This document shows positions 25,439 to 38,212 of a stretch of DNA of 64,000 nucleotides, one piece after another (position 1 is the first letter of the stretch; every line of letters begins with the position of its first letter). The stretch covers positions 23,622,001 through 23,686,000 of the forward strand of contig NC_043017.1 in the NCBI RefSeq assembly GCF_006345805.1. The letters run 5' to 3'. The notes under the pieces were generated by a model, which was not told the origin of the DNA, did no database searches, and was given only the letters and a program-made list of their open reading frames with translations. The translations under genes and the position numbers were made by a program. This stretch comes from Octopus sinensis (taxonomy: Eukaryota).

Positions 25439-27923
25439 GGAGGGAGACAGACAGCCGGAGAAAAATAACTGATAAGACTGAATTTGTGCCAGCTAATTAA
25501 GAGCAGTGATAATTAGCAAGATGCTATCAAACCCTTCTACCCCAAATGACGATGATTGTCCCAGTGTATCTAACCATCAAGAATAAAAACCAGATCACCT
25601 AGGAATGCTACCTGTACCACCCCTCATTAGAGGACTTCTACTTTGTCCTTTACAGCATCTTTTAACGAAGCACTTACCATTACTACTTTTATAATTGCAA
25701 TTGATTTCTGTAATCTAATGTCATAGAATGGGTGTATATACCTGGGTTAGAATAATATCTTAATATCCTGATCGTCTACATTTCTCCTCCCACCGTACCC
25801 TTGTATGTTTCTGTGGATTTGTTTTACATAAATCAATAATCAATAATTAGATTGACATCTTTTATTTATTGATTTGTTTATTTTTGCATTTTTGTCTTAA
25901 TGTAATTCTTTTCTATTACGTTTGTTTGTAAACAATAACATTGTTGAACGTATAAGGTTACACACAACAGCTCAGTCGCTGGTTCACTGCTTGCTTCTCA
26001 ACTGTTTGTGAGATTAATCATGTAATTATTTAGACACAAAGGAAGAAACAAAGAAAATATTTCCAGGAAATGTTGCCAATAACATAGACAACGTTGGCAT
26101 GACCATGTAGTAAGAAGTTTACTTCCCAACCACGTGATTCCAGGTTCAGTTCCATTATGTGACACTTTATGCAAATGTCTTCTTCAATAGCCTCAGGCTG
26201 ACCAAAGCCTTGTCGATGTATTTAATTAACAGGAACTGAAAGAAGCTGTGTGTGGATGTTTGTGTTTGTCCCCGCTCCTACTGCTTGGCAACCGGTGTTG
26301 GTTTGTCTATGTCTCCCTAACTTAGTGGCCTGACAAAGGAGACTGATAGAATAAGTGTCAGGCTTAAATAATAAGTATTGTTATTGATTTGTTTGATTAA
26401 ACCATTCAAAGTGGTGCCCCAGCATGGCCATAGCCCAGTGACTGAACTGCATAAAAGAATAAAGGTTTCTGTGATTCTTTTTGAGGCATATTCTGAGTGT
26501 TTCATGCATTGGCTCTTCTCAAACTATGTAAAGCAGCTAGTATATTCTGTAAAGTGGTTGGTGTTAAGGAGCACATCCAGCTGTAGAAACTATGCCAAAA
26601 CAAACTAGAGCTCAGTGCAGCCTTGTGGCATCTCAGTTCCTATCAAACCATCTAAACTATGCCACCATGGAAAAATGGACATTAAGTGATTATAATGATG
26701 ATGTAGTGTGTGTGTGTGTGTGAGCTTAGAGGTTTTGCTGATGAACATCAGTGAAGGAAAACTGGAAGGAAAGCAATACTTTTTTTGTTTGAAATTCCTT
26801 GTATTTTTCCTGGGCCTTGAGCTACACAGACAGCACCCTTTCCCTTGTTCCTCTCACTGCCAGAAATCCTTTGAACCAGTGACTCGTTAATTTGAAATAT
26901 ATAACGAACAATGCTATTAATCACAGTTCTGATATAAAATGAAGTATAAAAGTAATACAATTCTTTGCCACACCTTATTGAGGTAATTCACCTTTCTGTT
27001 ATGCTTTTCATCCACTGAAATACATTGTAGATATATGAGTACCAACACAATTTCTGTACTGTGTTGTTGCTTGACATGCAAGAAATAGCAGCCAATTATC
27101 CCTCATATCAACCCTTATGTCTAGAAAGGAGGATACATTGGATAATGTAGTCCCACATATACCATTTTCTGAGAAAAGATGACATTTGTCAAGGCTGGAA
27201 AATATTTTGATCAGAAGTATTCTCAGTTAGACCTGGTCTTCGGCTAAACATCAATAATAACTACCAAAATTACTCTTTTTAGTTGAGACACAAGGGGAGG
27301 TGGGGGGGGGGCTAGTTGATATCATTGACACTCAGTACATGACTGGTATTTTACTGACAGTAAAGAGGTGAAAGGCAAAGTTGACCTTGATGGGATTTGA
27401 ACGCAGTATGTAAAGAGTTGAAGGTAATACTACAAGGCATTATCTTTTAAACACCGACAATTCTACCAATGTACTACCATTCAACAACCAAAATAATAAT
27501 AACAAAAAAAAAAAAGCAGTCCTCAGTTAATAAATTACTCTGTATACCTTTTACAGAAAAAAGCCCCCACAAAACAAAACATTAGTTAAGGTTAGTGTTA
27601 AGATTTTTAATGCAGGGTGCATCAAAAAGCTACCTGTAAAAAATTATGTTAGTCATTGATTGATAATATATTGGGTTTTTTTTTTTAGGAGGTGTAGGGA
27701 ATAAAGCAAGACATGTTTCAGCCTTATGAAACTTTCTCTGTGAAGTATAGACTTAGTTGTGTAAATATATAAAACCTCACAGTTAAATGCATCATAATGT
27801 ATATAAAGCATCACTTTACCAAATTTCTTTCTGTTGTATGCTATCTTCACTCGCCCTTTTTTAGCAATGCTGGTGATTTGTGTGTGTGTGTGTATGAGAA
27901 AGAGAACTTGTGTTCAAGCTCTA

Positions 27924-28077
27924 ACTCTTTACTCTCTTTTACTCTTTTACTTGTTTCTGTCATTCGACTGTGGCCATGCTGGAGCACCACCTTTAGTCGA
28001 GCAAATCGACCCCGGGACTTATTCTTTGTAAGCCCAGTACTTATTCTATCGGTTGTCAAGCAATGCTAGGGGGACAA

Positions 28078-28126
<49 letters not shown>

Positions 28127-28297
28127 CATATATACGACAGGCTTCTTTCAGTTTCCGTCTACCAAATCCACTCACAAGGCATTGGTCGGCCCGGGGCTAT
28201 AGCTGAAGACACTTGCCCAAGATGCCATGCAGTGGGACTGAACCTGGAACCATGTGGTTGGTTAGCAAGGTACTTACCACACAGCCACTCCTGCGCC
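27924..28297 (-). mobile_element. SINE family B with internal deletion
   Basis: Reverse complement of family B, from the (actctttt)n tail to the ctcctgcgcc head. Confidence 0.85.
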
Positions 28298-29034
28298 TGT
28301 TGACATTTATTGTTATTTCCTACCAACAAATCTCTAAGCTTTTGAATTTCTCCGGAAAACATGTAAAGCTTGGTGACAGAATGAACATCCAGCTTGCAAA
28401 ATTCCTGCCTCAGTTTCCTCCTGTCTAAGCCATACAAACATGGATAAACAAATGTTATATGAAATGACTGAATGAAATCTAGAGATGGCTAAAATGATAG
28501 TAGATTCTGTGGTGACATCTTTCATTATATTTCATTTTTATATATCGTTATATTGTATTATATTATGGCTCTAAACAGGAATTAATTACATGTTTAATGA
28601 GTTCTTTCCTGCGATGGTTTACATAAAAAATGTAGTTTTGTTATATCTGCAAGATTTATTTCCATTTTTCCTAGATATACACACATAATGTATAAAATCT
28701 CTTATAGATGACCAGTGTTAAATAACTCTGTTGCACATAATGAATTTTTATTCAGCATCCCAGCTAATTGCAACGTCAGTAATTTTTTTTTTTTCAGATG
28801 ACAGACTTTGTCTTAACCTGCAGTTGCCAGTGGTACTTACTACTGGTGCTACTGATATGTTTGTGTTTTTATGTCCATAATAGATATTAACTCAGGACAA
28901 ATACTGCAGTTGATGCAACTTTCAATAATATATTTGCATTAGATATGACCTACAGATAATTATTTTAATCTAATACTGCTTATGTTGTATATAACAGATT
29001 TATATAACATGGGAGACGCATATTTTTGTTTTTA

Positions 29035-29240
29035 TAGTTTCGTGCCATGTTGGACTGCTGAACTCTACACAGTTTTTTTCTTTTCATTTTTTTTTCATTC
29101 TCTCTCTATTTTTACCTCTTATGCCTTTCTGTCAAAGAGCATAGGCACAAAACGTAAAAGACTTTTCTATTTTTCCTGAGTGCTATACTAATACACCTGC
29201 TTTTTATTCTGACACCTATCTTTGGCTTTTGTTTTTTTGT
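29035..29240 (+). mobile_element. (TA)n-adjacent repeat (family P2) with degenerate hammerhead-like motif at 29125-29160
   Basis: cttt CTGTCAA A GAGC atag GCAC AAAACGT A aaag. It ends at the (TA)n run. Confidence 0.45.
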
Positions 29241-29274
29241 AAATTTGAACTATATATATATATATATATATATA

Positions 29275-29481
29275 GATGCAGCACGGATTTTTGTCAGTGA
29301 ACAGGTCACGGTCTTAAAGCGACGAAAATATTTTGACAAATTAAATTTAAATGTTGAAGTGAATTGGACGGCTTTTGTGTATTTCTTAAATGACTTACAA
29401 ACACCTTCCACGCTGCAATTGTTTTCGTTTCAGCACACAATCTCAGATCAAATCACTTGCCATGCAAGTACATCTCCGTAA
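29275..29481 (+). mobile_element. Family P1 stand-alone copy inserted in (TA)n
   Basis: Homologous to 5907-6100, from gatgcagcacg to catctccgtaa. (TA)n flanks both sides. Confidence 0.75.
29290..29340 (+). ncRNA. Hammerhead ribozyme G3:C8 variant, one stem II mismatch
   Basis: tttgtca GTGAACA G GTCAC ggtcttaaa GCGAC GAA AATATT T tgacaaa. Confidence 0.6.
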
Positions 29482-30062
29482 CATATATATATATATATAT
29501 ATATATATAAGGATCGTTTGTAGAGATACATAAATCTGGAGGAGAAGCACACTTGAAAATGTAGAGCAGTTAATATTATAGTGGGGTAGGCCAGTTTATG
29601 GGGTTATCCTGGGTTTCTCGCTCATAAGGGTTTTAGTAAAATGTAAAATTTTCCTGCCCATATATTCTCTTATATTTTGCCTTCAATGATAGAATACCCA
29701 GAATATGGAAACGTGGATCAACACATTGATCCATTTCCTGGAGTATCCCAGAAACGCCTGTAAGACATTATTATTTTTATTTTTGCTCACTTCATTTCAC
29801 CATTAAACTAATTTAAATGAACTGATAGGCTTGCCCTGCCTTGATTTTGTTTGCTTTTCTTTAAATTATACCTACTGGCTCAAACGTAGACTGTGGATCA
29901 CTGGTTCTCTCTGGACAGAGGCTACCACAGCTCCAGCCCCTGTGTGCACTTGGATCCTAGTAACTTATCTATTAGCGCACTCTGACCACATACCAATTAA
30001 TTTAGGTTAGCAGTGACCTGAACTCTTCTCATGTATGTATGTATGTATGTATGTATGTATGT

Positions 30063-30655
30063 AGGCACAGGAGTGGCTGTGTGGTAAGTAGCATGCTTAC
30101 CAACCACATGGTTCCGGGTTCAGTCCCATTGCGTGGCATCTTGAGCAAGTGTCTTCTGCTATAGCCCCGGGCCGACCAATGCCTTGTGAGTGGATTTGGT
30201 AGACGGAAACTGAAAGAAGCCTGTCGTATATATGTATATATATTTATATATGTGTGTATGTGGTGTATATGTTTGTGTGTCTATGTTTGTCCCCCTAGCA
30301 TTGCTTGACAACCAATGCTGGTGTGTTTACGTCCCCATCACTTATTTTGCGTGGCATCTTGAGCAGTGTCTTCTGCTATAGCCCCAGGCCGACCAATGCC
30401 TTGTGAGTGGATTTGGTAGACGGAAACTGAAAGAAGCCTGTCGTATATATGTATATATATTTATATATGTGTGTATGTGTGTGTATATGTTTGTGTGTCT
30501 ATGTTTGTCCCCCTAGCATTGCTTGACAACCAATGCTGGTGTGTTTACGTCCCCATCACTTAGTGGTTCGGCAAAAAGAGACCGATAGAATAAGTACTGG
30601 GCTTACAAAGAATGACTGAAACAAGAAAAAGAGTAAAAGAGAGAGAGTAAAAAGA
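30063..30655 (+). mobile_element. SINE family B with an ~215 bp internal tandem duplication
   Basis: 30129-30344 is repeated at 30347-30563 with the same private variants. Confidence 0.85.
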
Positions 30656-32869
30656 GTATGTATGTACGTACATATGTGTGTATATGTGTGTGTGTGTGTG
30701 CATACAATACAAAATGTCTCAGGCTGTGTGTGGTTGTATCTATATTCCAAGCCTGTTAATCCCTTCCTTTTTGATGCTAGATTGGCTATTTAATGCCATT
30801 TAACAAGTAAATAACTCTACACTCTCAAGTATATTCACTGTCTAAGCTAGCACAACCAGACAATTTAATAGCATTTTTATATCTCTCTTCTATAGCACTT
30901 AAACTCTGAAATGATCTCCTCATCAATTTCTTCGTAGAAACTACATTGTGTTGTCTATTTAAATATGACAGCAATTCTTCTCAAATGCTTCCTGTTGCCT
31001 TGCCCACTTTACGTGTGGCTGCAGCTTCCAGCCTGACTTGTTTTTCTATTGTGTTTCTAGCAATGTCAATCAGTATTTAGATTAGGCTGAGCTGCATTGA
31101 ATGCACAGTGAAGTAAAACTGATTCACAATTATCATCTAGCATAGCTGCATAATTAAGGAGCCCGTCTGCCAACCACGTGGTTCCAGGGTCAATCCCACT
31201 CCTCAGCTATGGACAGCTGTCTTTTCTATAGCCACAGATTATGAGTGAAATTTAGTAAGTGGAAATGGTGTCACACACATATACATATATCACATGACTG
31301 ATCAGACTATTGGATGCTGTTATATATCGCTTGTCACAATGCGCTTTGCATTATTTTATCTTTTGAATGATGTCACCCTTCTTGGCTGGGCAAAAGGCAT
31401 ACACACACATATATACATACACACACACACACATATATAGTGGTAGCAGAAGTGGTGGTTTCTTTTGATCTTTGTGGTGATGGAGATGGTGATGACCTTG
31501 GTGGTAGTGGTCTTGGTGGTGGTGGTGGTGGTGGTGATAGTGGCAGCAGCATTGCTGTTGTTTTTTTAGATCTAAGTCAGCCCAGATCCAGAAGACTTTA
31601 TCACCAAAAACATTCCAACCATGCGCACACAACCTTTTTTTTTCCCTTTCAAACACTCTTACTACAATGTGATGTTCTTTTTCTTTAAAATTCAATAGAG
31701 ATTTTGGCTGATATTTCTAGCGAGTCAAGTGACTACATAAGGGCTCTCATTGGTAAATCGTTGTTATTGATGGTGGTGGTGGGGTGTTGGTAGTGAGCAT
31801 TGTGGTGTTATTGTTCTACAGCTCCAGGTCAGCTCTGATTGAACAGACCAATGGTCAAGTGTCTCCCCCTTGTTGGTGGCCACACTGCATTTCAATATGC
31901 ATGTTGTATGGAATGCAGTGTTACCACTGTTTGGATTTCACATTTTCTGACTGCCATTTTAATGGAAAAACATATTGATGATGGAGGTGGCAGTGATGGT
32001 GGTCTTTAAACCCAGGCCAGTCCTGTACAGGCAGACAGATGATTCAAGGCATGATCGTCCCATCTTTTTACTAATGCAATGTTTCTGGTACAACCAGGCC
32101 TTCCATTCAGAGAGGGTATAATTTGAGGGAGAATGTCTTGTGATATTTGTTCTTGCTCTTTAGATCTATTTCTGAAGCTGTAGTGCTTCTGCCAACCCAC
32201 AATAATGATGATGATGATAATAATAATAATAATAATCATCATCATCATCGTTTAACGTCCGTTTTCCGTGCAAGCACAGGTGGTTTAAAATTTTACAAAA
32301 GGCCAACAAGTTTTGGGGGGAAGGGGCTGGTTAAATACATTGACCCCCAGTACTCTGGGAATCTGAACTCGGAACATGAAGGCAAACAAAATGCTGCTAA
32401 GTTCTGTGTCCAGCATAATAATAATAATGATGATGATAATTATAATAATCCTTTCTACTATAGGCACAAGACCTGGATTTTCATAAGGAGGAGGCTAATC
32501 GTTCATATCAACCCCAGTATTTGACTGGTACTTAATCTATCGACCCCAAAAGGATGAAAGACAAAGTCAACCTCAGCAGAATTTGAACTCAGAACATAGC
32601 AACAGACGAAACACCGCTAAGCATTTTGCCCGGTGTACTGATGATTCTGCCAGCAACAACACAAGGCCTGAAATTTTGGTGGAGGGGGTTAGTCGATTAC
32701 ACTGACCCTGAAAGGGTGAAAGGCAAAGTCAACCTTGGTGGAATTTGAACTCAGTATGTAAAGACGGACGACATGCCGCTAAGCTTTTCACCTGGCATAC
32801 TAACAATTCCGGCATCTCACTGCCTTAATAATAATAATAATAATAATAATAATCAACATCAATGGAAAT

Positions 32870-33195
32870 TGTAGCTGTGATACCAGTGCCGGTGGCACAT
32901 AAGAGAACCGAACGTGGCTGTTGCCAGTGCTGCCCCAACTGGCCTCTGTGCCAGTGGTACGTAAAAAGCACCATCCGATCATGGTCGTTTGCCAGCCTCG
33001 TCTGGTACCTGTGCAGGTGGCACGTAAAAAGCACCCACTACACTCACTTAGTGGTTGGTGTTAGGAAGGACATCCAGCTGTAGAAACACTGCCAGATCAG
33101 ACTGGGCCTGGTGCAGCCTACTGGCTCCCCAGTCCCCAGTTGAACCGTCCAACCCATGCAAGCATGGAAAACGGACGTTAAACGATGATGATGAA
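32870..33195 (+). mobile_element. Retroposon family C with (GAT)n tail
   Basis: tggcacgtaaaaagcacc modules, ggaaggRcatccagctgtagaaa, terminal stem-loop ccatgcWagcatgg, then gatgatgat. Other copies lie near 11870-12175, 20780-21160, 22260-22395(-), 44066-44360(-) and 63770-64000. Confidence 0.8.
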
Positions 33196-33958
33196 TAATG
33201 ATAGTAATGATAAACTGCTGAAATTAAATTTTTAAAAAATGGAGAAAAATATTTTGTGTGATATATTTTGTAAAATAAATCAATTTGTAGTTATTTATTT
33301 ATTCATTTTATTTTCTTTATAGATGTGTATGATGAATTATATAGGAAATGACAATAATATTTAATTAAGTAGCAATGTTGTTATTGGATATCATTAACAG
33401 GCGTTACATGACTATGACAATGATGACGATAATGAATATATCTGAGGTGAAATGTCTCTGGAGACCTTGGTTTGTCTACTCAATTCATAAGATATTATAT
33501 ATCTAAAATGTACCTAATATGATTAATGCAGGCCTGGTGGTGAGCTGACAGAGTTGTTGGCACACCAGACAAAATGCTTCATTGCATTTCAGCTCTCATC
33601 ATGTTCTTGGTTCAAATTCAGCTGAGGTCAGCTTTACCTTTCATCCTTCTGGGGTCGATAAAATGGATACCAACTGGACACAGAGGCCAATGTAATCAAC
33701 TTACCTCCTCCCACAAAACTGTTGGCCTTGTGCCAAAACTTAAAACCAATATGATAGTTGTAGGAATGGGTGTGTGGTTAAGTAATTTGCTTTGCAACTA
33801 TGTGGTCCCAGGTTCAGTCTCACTGCATGGTACCTTGAAAAAAATTTTTATCAAATAAGATGATTGTCTAAGCAATTATATAACAAAAATTTCCTCATTT
33901 AAAATCTAAACAAAGGAGGCTATGCCATTAAGATAAATTATGAAACTTTTGGGATGAT

Positions 33959-34274
33959 GTTTTTTTTTGTTTTTGTTCCTTCTCGAGCCATGCCAGGCTC
34001 ATAAGGGCCGGTTTCTCGGTTTCCTTGGCGTATAGGTTCCCCACCTGGATGGGATGCCTGTCCGTCGCAGGTGAGCTGCACGATGTAGGAGGAAAGAGTG
34101 AAAGAAAGTTGTGGCGAAAGAGTCAGCAGAGAAGTTCGCCATTATGTTCTGCTGGAGCCGCGTGGAGCTTAGGTGTTTCACTCATAAACACACACATCAC
34201 CCAGTCTGAGATTTGAACCCGTGATGCCTCGACCATGAGTCTGCTGCTCTAACCGCTAGGCCATGTGCCTTCAC
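33959..34274 (-). mobile_element. tRNA-derived SINE with V-domain-like central segment
   Basis: Minus strand: A box tggcctagcggttag, B box ggttcaaatc, segment cctgcgacggacaggcatcccatccagg resembling the V-SINE domain (from memory), and an A-rich tail. Confidence 0.65.
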
Positions 34275-34984
34275 TTGGGATGATGTAGAATGTAGATTAT
34301 GCAGTTTGGAATAGATCTGGTCTTTGAAATCAAGTGGTCTTTGAATCAAGTGCTGTAAACAGCCTTAGAGGGAGTTTTTGTCTACTAATTACTAGGATAA
34401 TTCCAGTTGCTGGAATCTACTTGCTATAAAAAAATTAATGTCAGATCTTAGTCTGTGTCATTATCTATTTGTTTACTGATGGTCTGTCTGTCTGTCTGTA
34501 TGCATGTGCATGTGTGCACATCTGTGTTTGTGTGTGTGTGGACTTGTTTTTGTCCACGTATGCCTGCCTGTTCTTGTGTATCTACCTCTGCCTGTCTTTA
34601 TGCATTGTGTGTCTCTCCATCTTTTGTGTATCTGTCTTTCTGATTTTACATGTATGTCTCTCTCTCTCTCTTAATGTATGTGAATCTCTGATTTTCTCTT
34701 TGTATCACTTTCTGTCTGTCTTAATCTGTGTGAGTCTCTGTTTTTAAGTCTGTTTCTTTGTTTTTATCCATGTATTTGTCTGTCTTAATGTATGTGTGTT
34801 TCTGTTAGTCTATCCATTTTTACATTCTGAGTTCAAATTTTGCCAAAGTTAACTTTGCCTTTCATCTTTTTGGGGTTAATAAAATAAGTACCAGTTGAGC
34901 ATTGGAGCCAATGTAATCAACGCACTCAAAATTGCTGGCCTTGTGCCAAAATTTGAAACCATTATTATTAGTATTAAGATGAAA

Positions 34985-35074
34985 AGCGCGATTCGATTGT
35001 AAGATATTTTATTAGTTGAACGATAATAAAATATTTTGTTCAACTAATAAAATATCTTACAATTGAATCGCGCT
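34985..35074. repeat. 37 bp near-perfect inverted repeat with 16 nt spacer
   Basis: 34985-35021 versus 35038-35074: 36 Watson-Crick pairs plus one G:T. Confidence 0.95.
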
Positions 35075-35346
35075 CTTTGTCTTTACCTTTGTGAAGAGTT
35101 ATGTCAATCCTTTTTAAAATATATTATTATTATTATATAAGGCGGCAAGCTGGCATAATCGTTAGCACACTGGACAAAACTTTTAGTAGTATTTCGCCCA
35201 TCACTCCGTTCTGAGTTCAAATCTGTCAAGGTCAACTTTGCTTTCATCCTTTCGGGGTCAATTAAGTACCAGTTATGCACTGGGGTAGATGTAATCAACT
35301 TAATCCCTTCCCCCAAATTTGAGATCTTGTGCTTCGAGTAGAAAGG

Positions 35347-35403
<57 letters not shown>

Positions 35404-35932
35404 AAGGCTGTGAGCTGGCAGTATCATTAGCACACTGGACAAAATGCTTAGCAAAATTTAGTCCATCCTTTATGTTCTGAGTTCCAATTCCACCGAGGTC
35501 AACTTTTTCTTTCATCCTTTCGGGGTTGATAAATTAAGTACCAATTGAGTACTGGGGTCAATGCAATCGACTTACCCCTCACCCCAAATTTCAGGCCTTG
35601 TGCCAAAATTGGAAAGGATTATTATTATGATAATGATGACGACCACCACCATCTTTTTTTGCCCATTTTTCTATCGATCATGAGTATGATGGGTCTTTCC
35701 TGGCACAGCATCTCCTGCGTTCTGCCTTTATTATGTCTCCTTCAGTCTTAGTCTTTGCCTCCTTTGACTCCTTCCATATGGATTATTGTAGCTTTTTTTT
35801 CTACCCCAATGTCATCCTTCATACATACAACATGTCAACCAACAGAATCTTTTTGCTTACACACTTTGGCTCACACCTCCAATACCCATTTTCTTTTCAT
35901 TTCACCTCATCTTCACTCCAGTGTTTATATAT

Positions 35933-36348
35933 TATTTCTTTACTACCCACAAGGGGCTAAACACAGAGGGGACAAACAAGGACAGACAAACGGATTAAGT
36001 CGATTACGTCGACCCCAGTGGGTAACTAGTACTTATTTAATCGACCCCGAAAGGATGAAAGGCAAAGTCGACCTCGGCGGAATTTGAACTCAGGACGTAA
36101 CGGCAGACAAAATACCTATTTCTTTACTACCCACAAGGGGCTAAACACAGAGAGGACAAACAAGGACAGACAAACGGATTAAGTCGATTACATCGACCCC
36201 AGTGGGTAACTGGTACTTATTTAATTGACCCCGAAAGGACAAAAGGCAAAATCGACCTGGCGGAATTTGAACTCAGGACGTAACAGCAGACGAAATACGG
36301 CTACGCATTTCGCCCGGCATGCTAACGTTTCTGCCAGCTCGCCGCCTT
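35933..36348 (-). mobile_element. SINE A1 dimer
   Basis: Two units joined at aatacc (36111-36116), with a single tRNA-like head. Confidence 0.85.
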
Positions 36349-37690
36349 ATACTGTCGCTACACATTTTTAGAGACTGTCGCTACACAATTTTTAGAATCA
36401 TAGGAGGTATTTAAAATCTTATCTTGATATATATTAATGTAATTTGTCATCTGAACCTATGAAAATGTTAGCTCCATGCATGGCAACTAAATATCATTTG
36501 TAATCATAGATTAAGGAACAGAAACTCTTTATGGAATGTATGTTCTGTTCTCCATATCAATTGAATTTGATAAGTAAACATACTGCTGATTGTTATCAAG
36601 AATGTTCTATGACTTGAAACAAAGCCAATGAAATTGTTTTTCTTCTACATATTAGTGGTGGCAGCGAGGAGGAGGGGGAGTCCCTTTTTTTGCAAGGCTA
36701 GTTGTTTGGCCCCTGATGAAACCTGGTTGAATAGACCTATGACAAATGACATGTTAACTTCAATTGCTAATAACTCTTTATTTATTGATTTATATAGCAA
36801 ATTTTTTTTCTGCATCATTCATTAACCTCTAAAAGTGTATCATTTCACTGAATATGAAATCAATTTGAAAGGAATTGATACTGGCAGCCAAACCAAAAAG
36901 ATCCTCTTTTTTTTTTTAGGTACAGTGTACCTTGGACCACATTATTCATTGTGTCTTACTCTTTTTTTTTTTTTAACATAGTAGGATGTGATATGAGGGA
37001 GATTTGGTTGCTATTTCTATCAGTTTAGAGGTTCTCTCATTGGCTAAGTAAACTAAGCTGCTGCTAATCTGTTGGCTTTGAAGGGTGTAGAGGATAATGC
37101 AATCATCTCCCTATACCAATTACAAAACAAGACATTTCACAGAAGTTCCTATTTAAAAGAAACCCCCAAATAATATATCAGATATGAACGAAGCAAAAGA
37201 ATTCTGTCTGCTGTTTAGCAGCAGTTTTCGACAACTGGCAGACAGAAAACAAACAACGATATTGTAAAGCAACATGTCCGAACAGTCTTAAATAACCAGC
37301 ACTGCTTTTACGATCTTTATAAAAGGATTCAAACACAACCAGCATTCTCTCTGACTGATTGAAACTATTTTCAAACGATGCAATTCAAATTCTTATTTTT
37401 TTGACAAAGTCTAGAATAATAAAGTTCTTGTTTAATTTAATAATTTCTAGTAAGAAACTCTCCAACAACATATGAGAAGTCAAGGGAATGGGCATTTCTT
37501 TGCTTTTGGTACTATTTGCACTGTTATTGATATTCTCATTGAAAACCACAAGTATAATAGTAATTTGCTACCAGTGCTTTTGATATTACTTCTGAAACTC
37601 AAAACTCTCGCTGAAAATATGCAACTGAAACTTCTCTGCTTTTTTATGAACAAATGCATTTATTTGTCTTATCAGAATGTTTTCTTTTAA

Positions 37691-37911
37691 CCCTTTCATT
37701 ACTGTATTTATTTTGAGATGCTCTGTGTTTCTTTCAATTACTTTAAATATAACAAAGAATTTAGTAAAATAACTTAGTTATCATTCAACTAGTGTTAGGA
37801 ACATAAATTGTGACTAAGGTTTGGTGGAAGGTTTTAATTTAAAACTTAATGAAAACAAGACATTTGTACTCAGAACCAGAGCCGGTTTCAGCCGGGTTGG
37901 TAACAAAAGGG
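37691..37911. mobile_element. piggyBac-like MITE
   Basis: TTAA-ccctttcattac ... gtaacaaaaggg-TTAA. Confidence 0.85.
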
Positions 37912-38177
37912 TTAAGCTAATGTTTCAATGACTTCATGTTTAATAATTGGCCATTTAAAAGGGGAATGCATTTATACTTTTTGTTATTTTTTAATTAAAC
38001 TTTTGTTAATGATATCTCTCTATGAGAAACTGGGTTTTAATATTTCATTGAAACAATTAAGCAATACAATCTCTGAGAGTTCAGTTTCGTCCTGAAAAAA
38101 ACCATTGTTCCAGTTTAGAGCCATTTTTACTTTAACTGTTAGTTACTCTTTGAGGAAAACATTACACTCACGCATGT

Positions 38178-38212
<35 letters not shown>

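Noticed and set aside
29694-29746. Imperfect hairpin as a pre-miRNA, or GAAACGT as a hammerhead
   Set aside because: It has a large asymmetric bulge, there is no CUGANGA-like core, and G would be at position 17.
33329-33445. ATGATGA ... CTGA as a box C/D snoRNA (also ~15515)
   Set aside because: There is no terminal stem or recognisable rRNA/snRNA guide, and both boxes are frequent by chance here.
34200-34274. tRNA genes
   Set aside because: All A/B-box matches are SINE heads followed by SINE bodies, with no complete cloverleaf.
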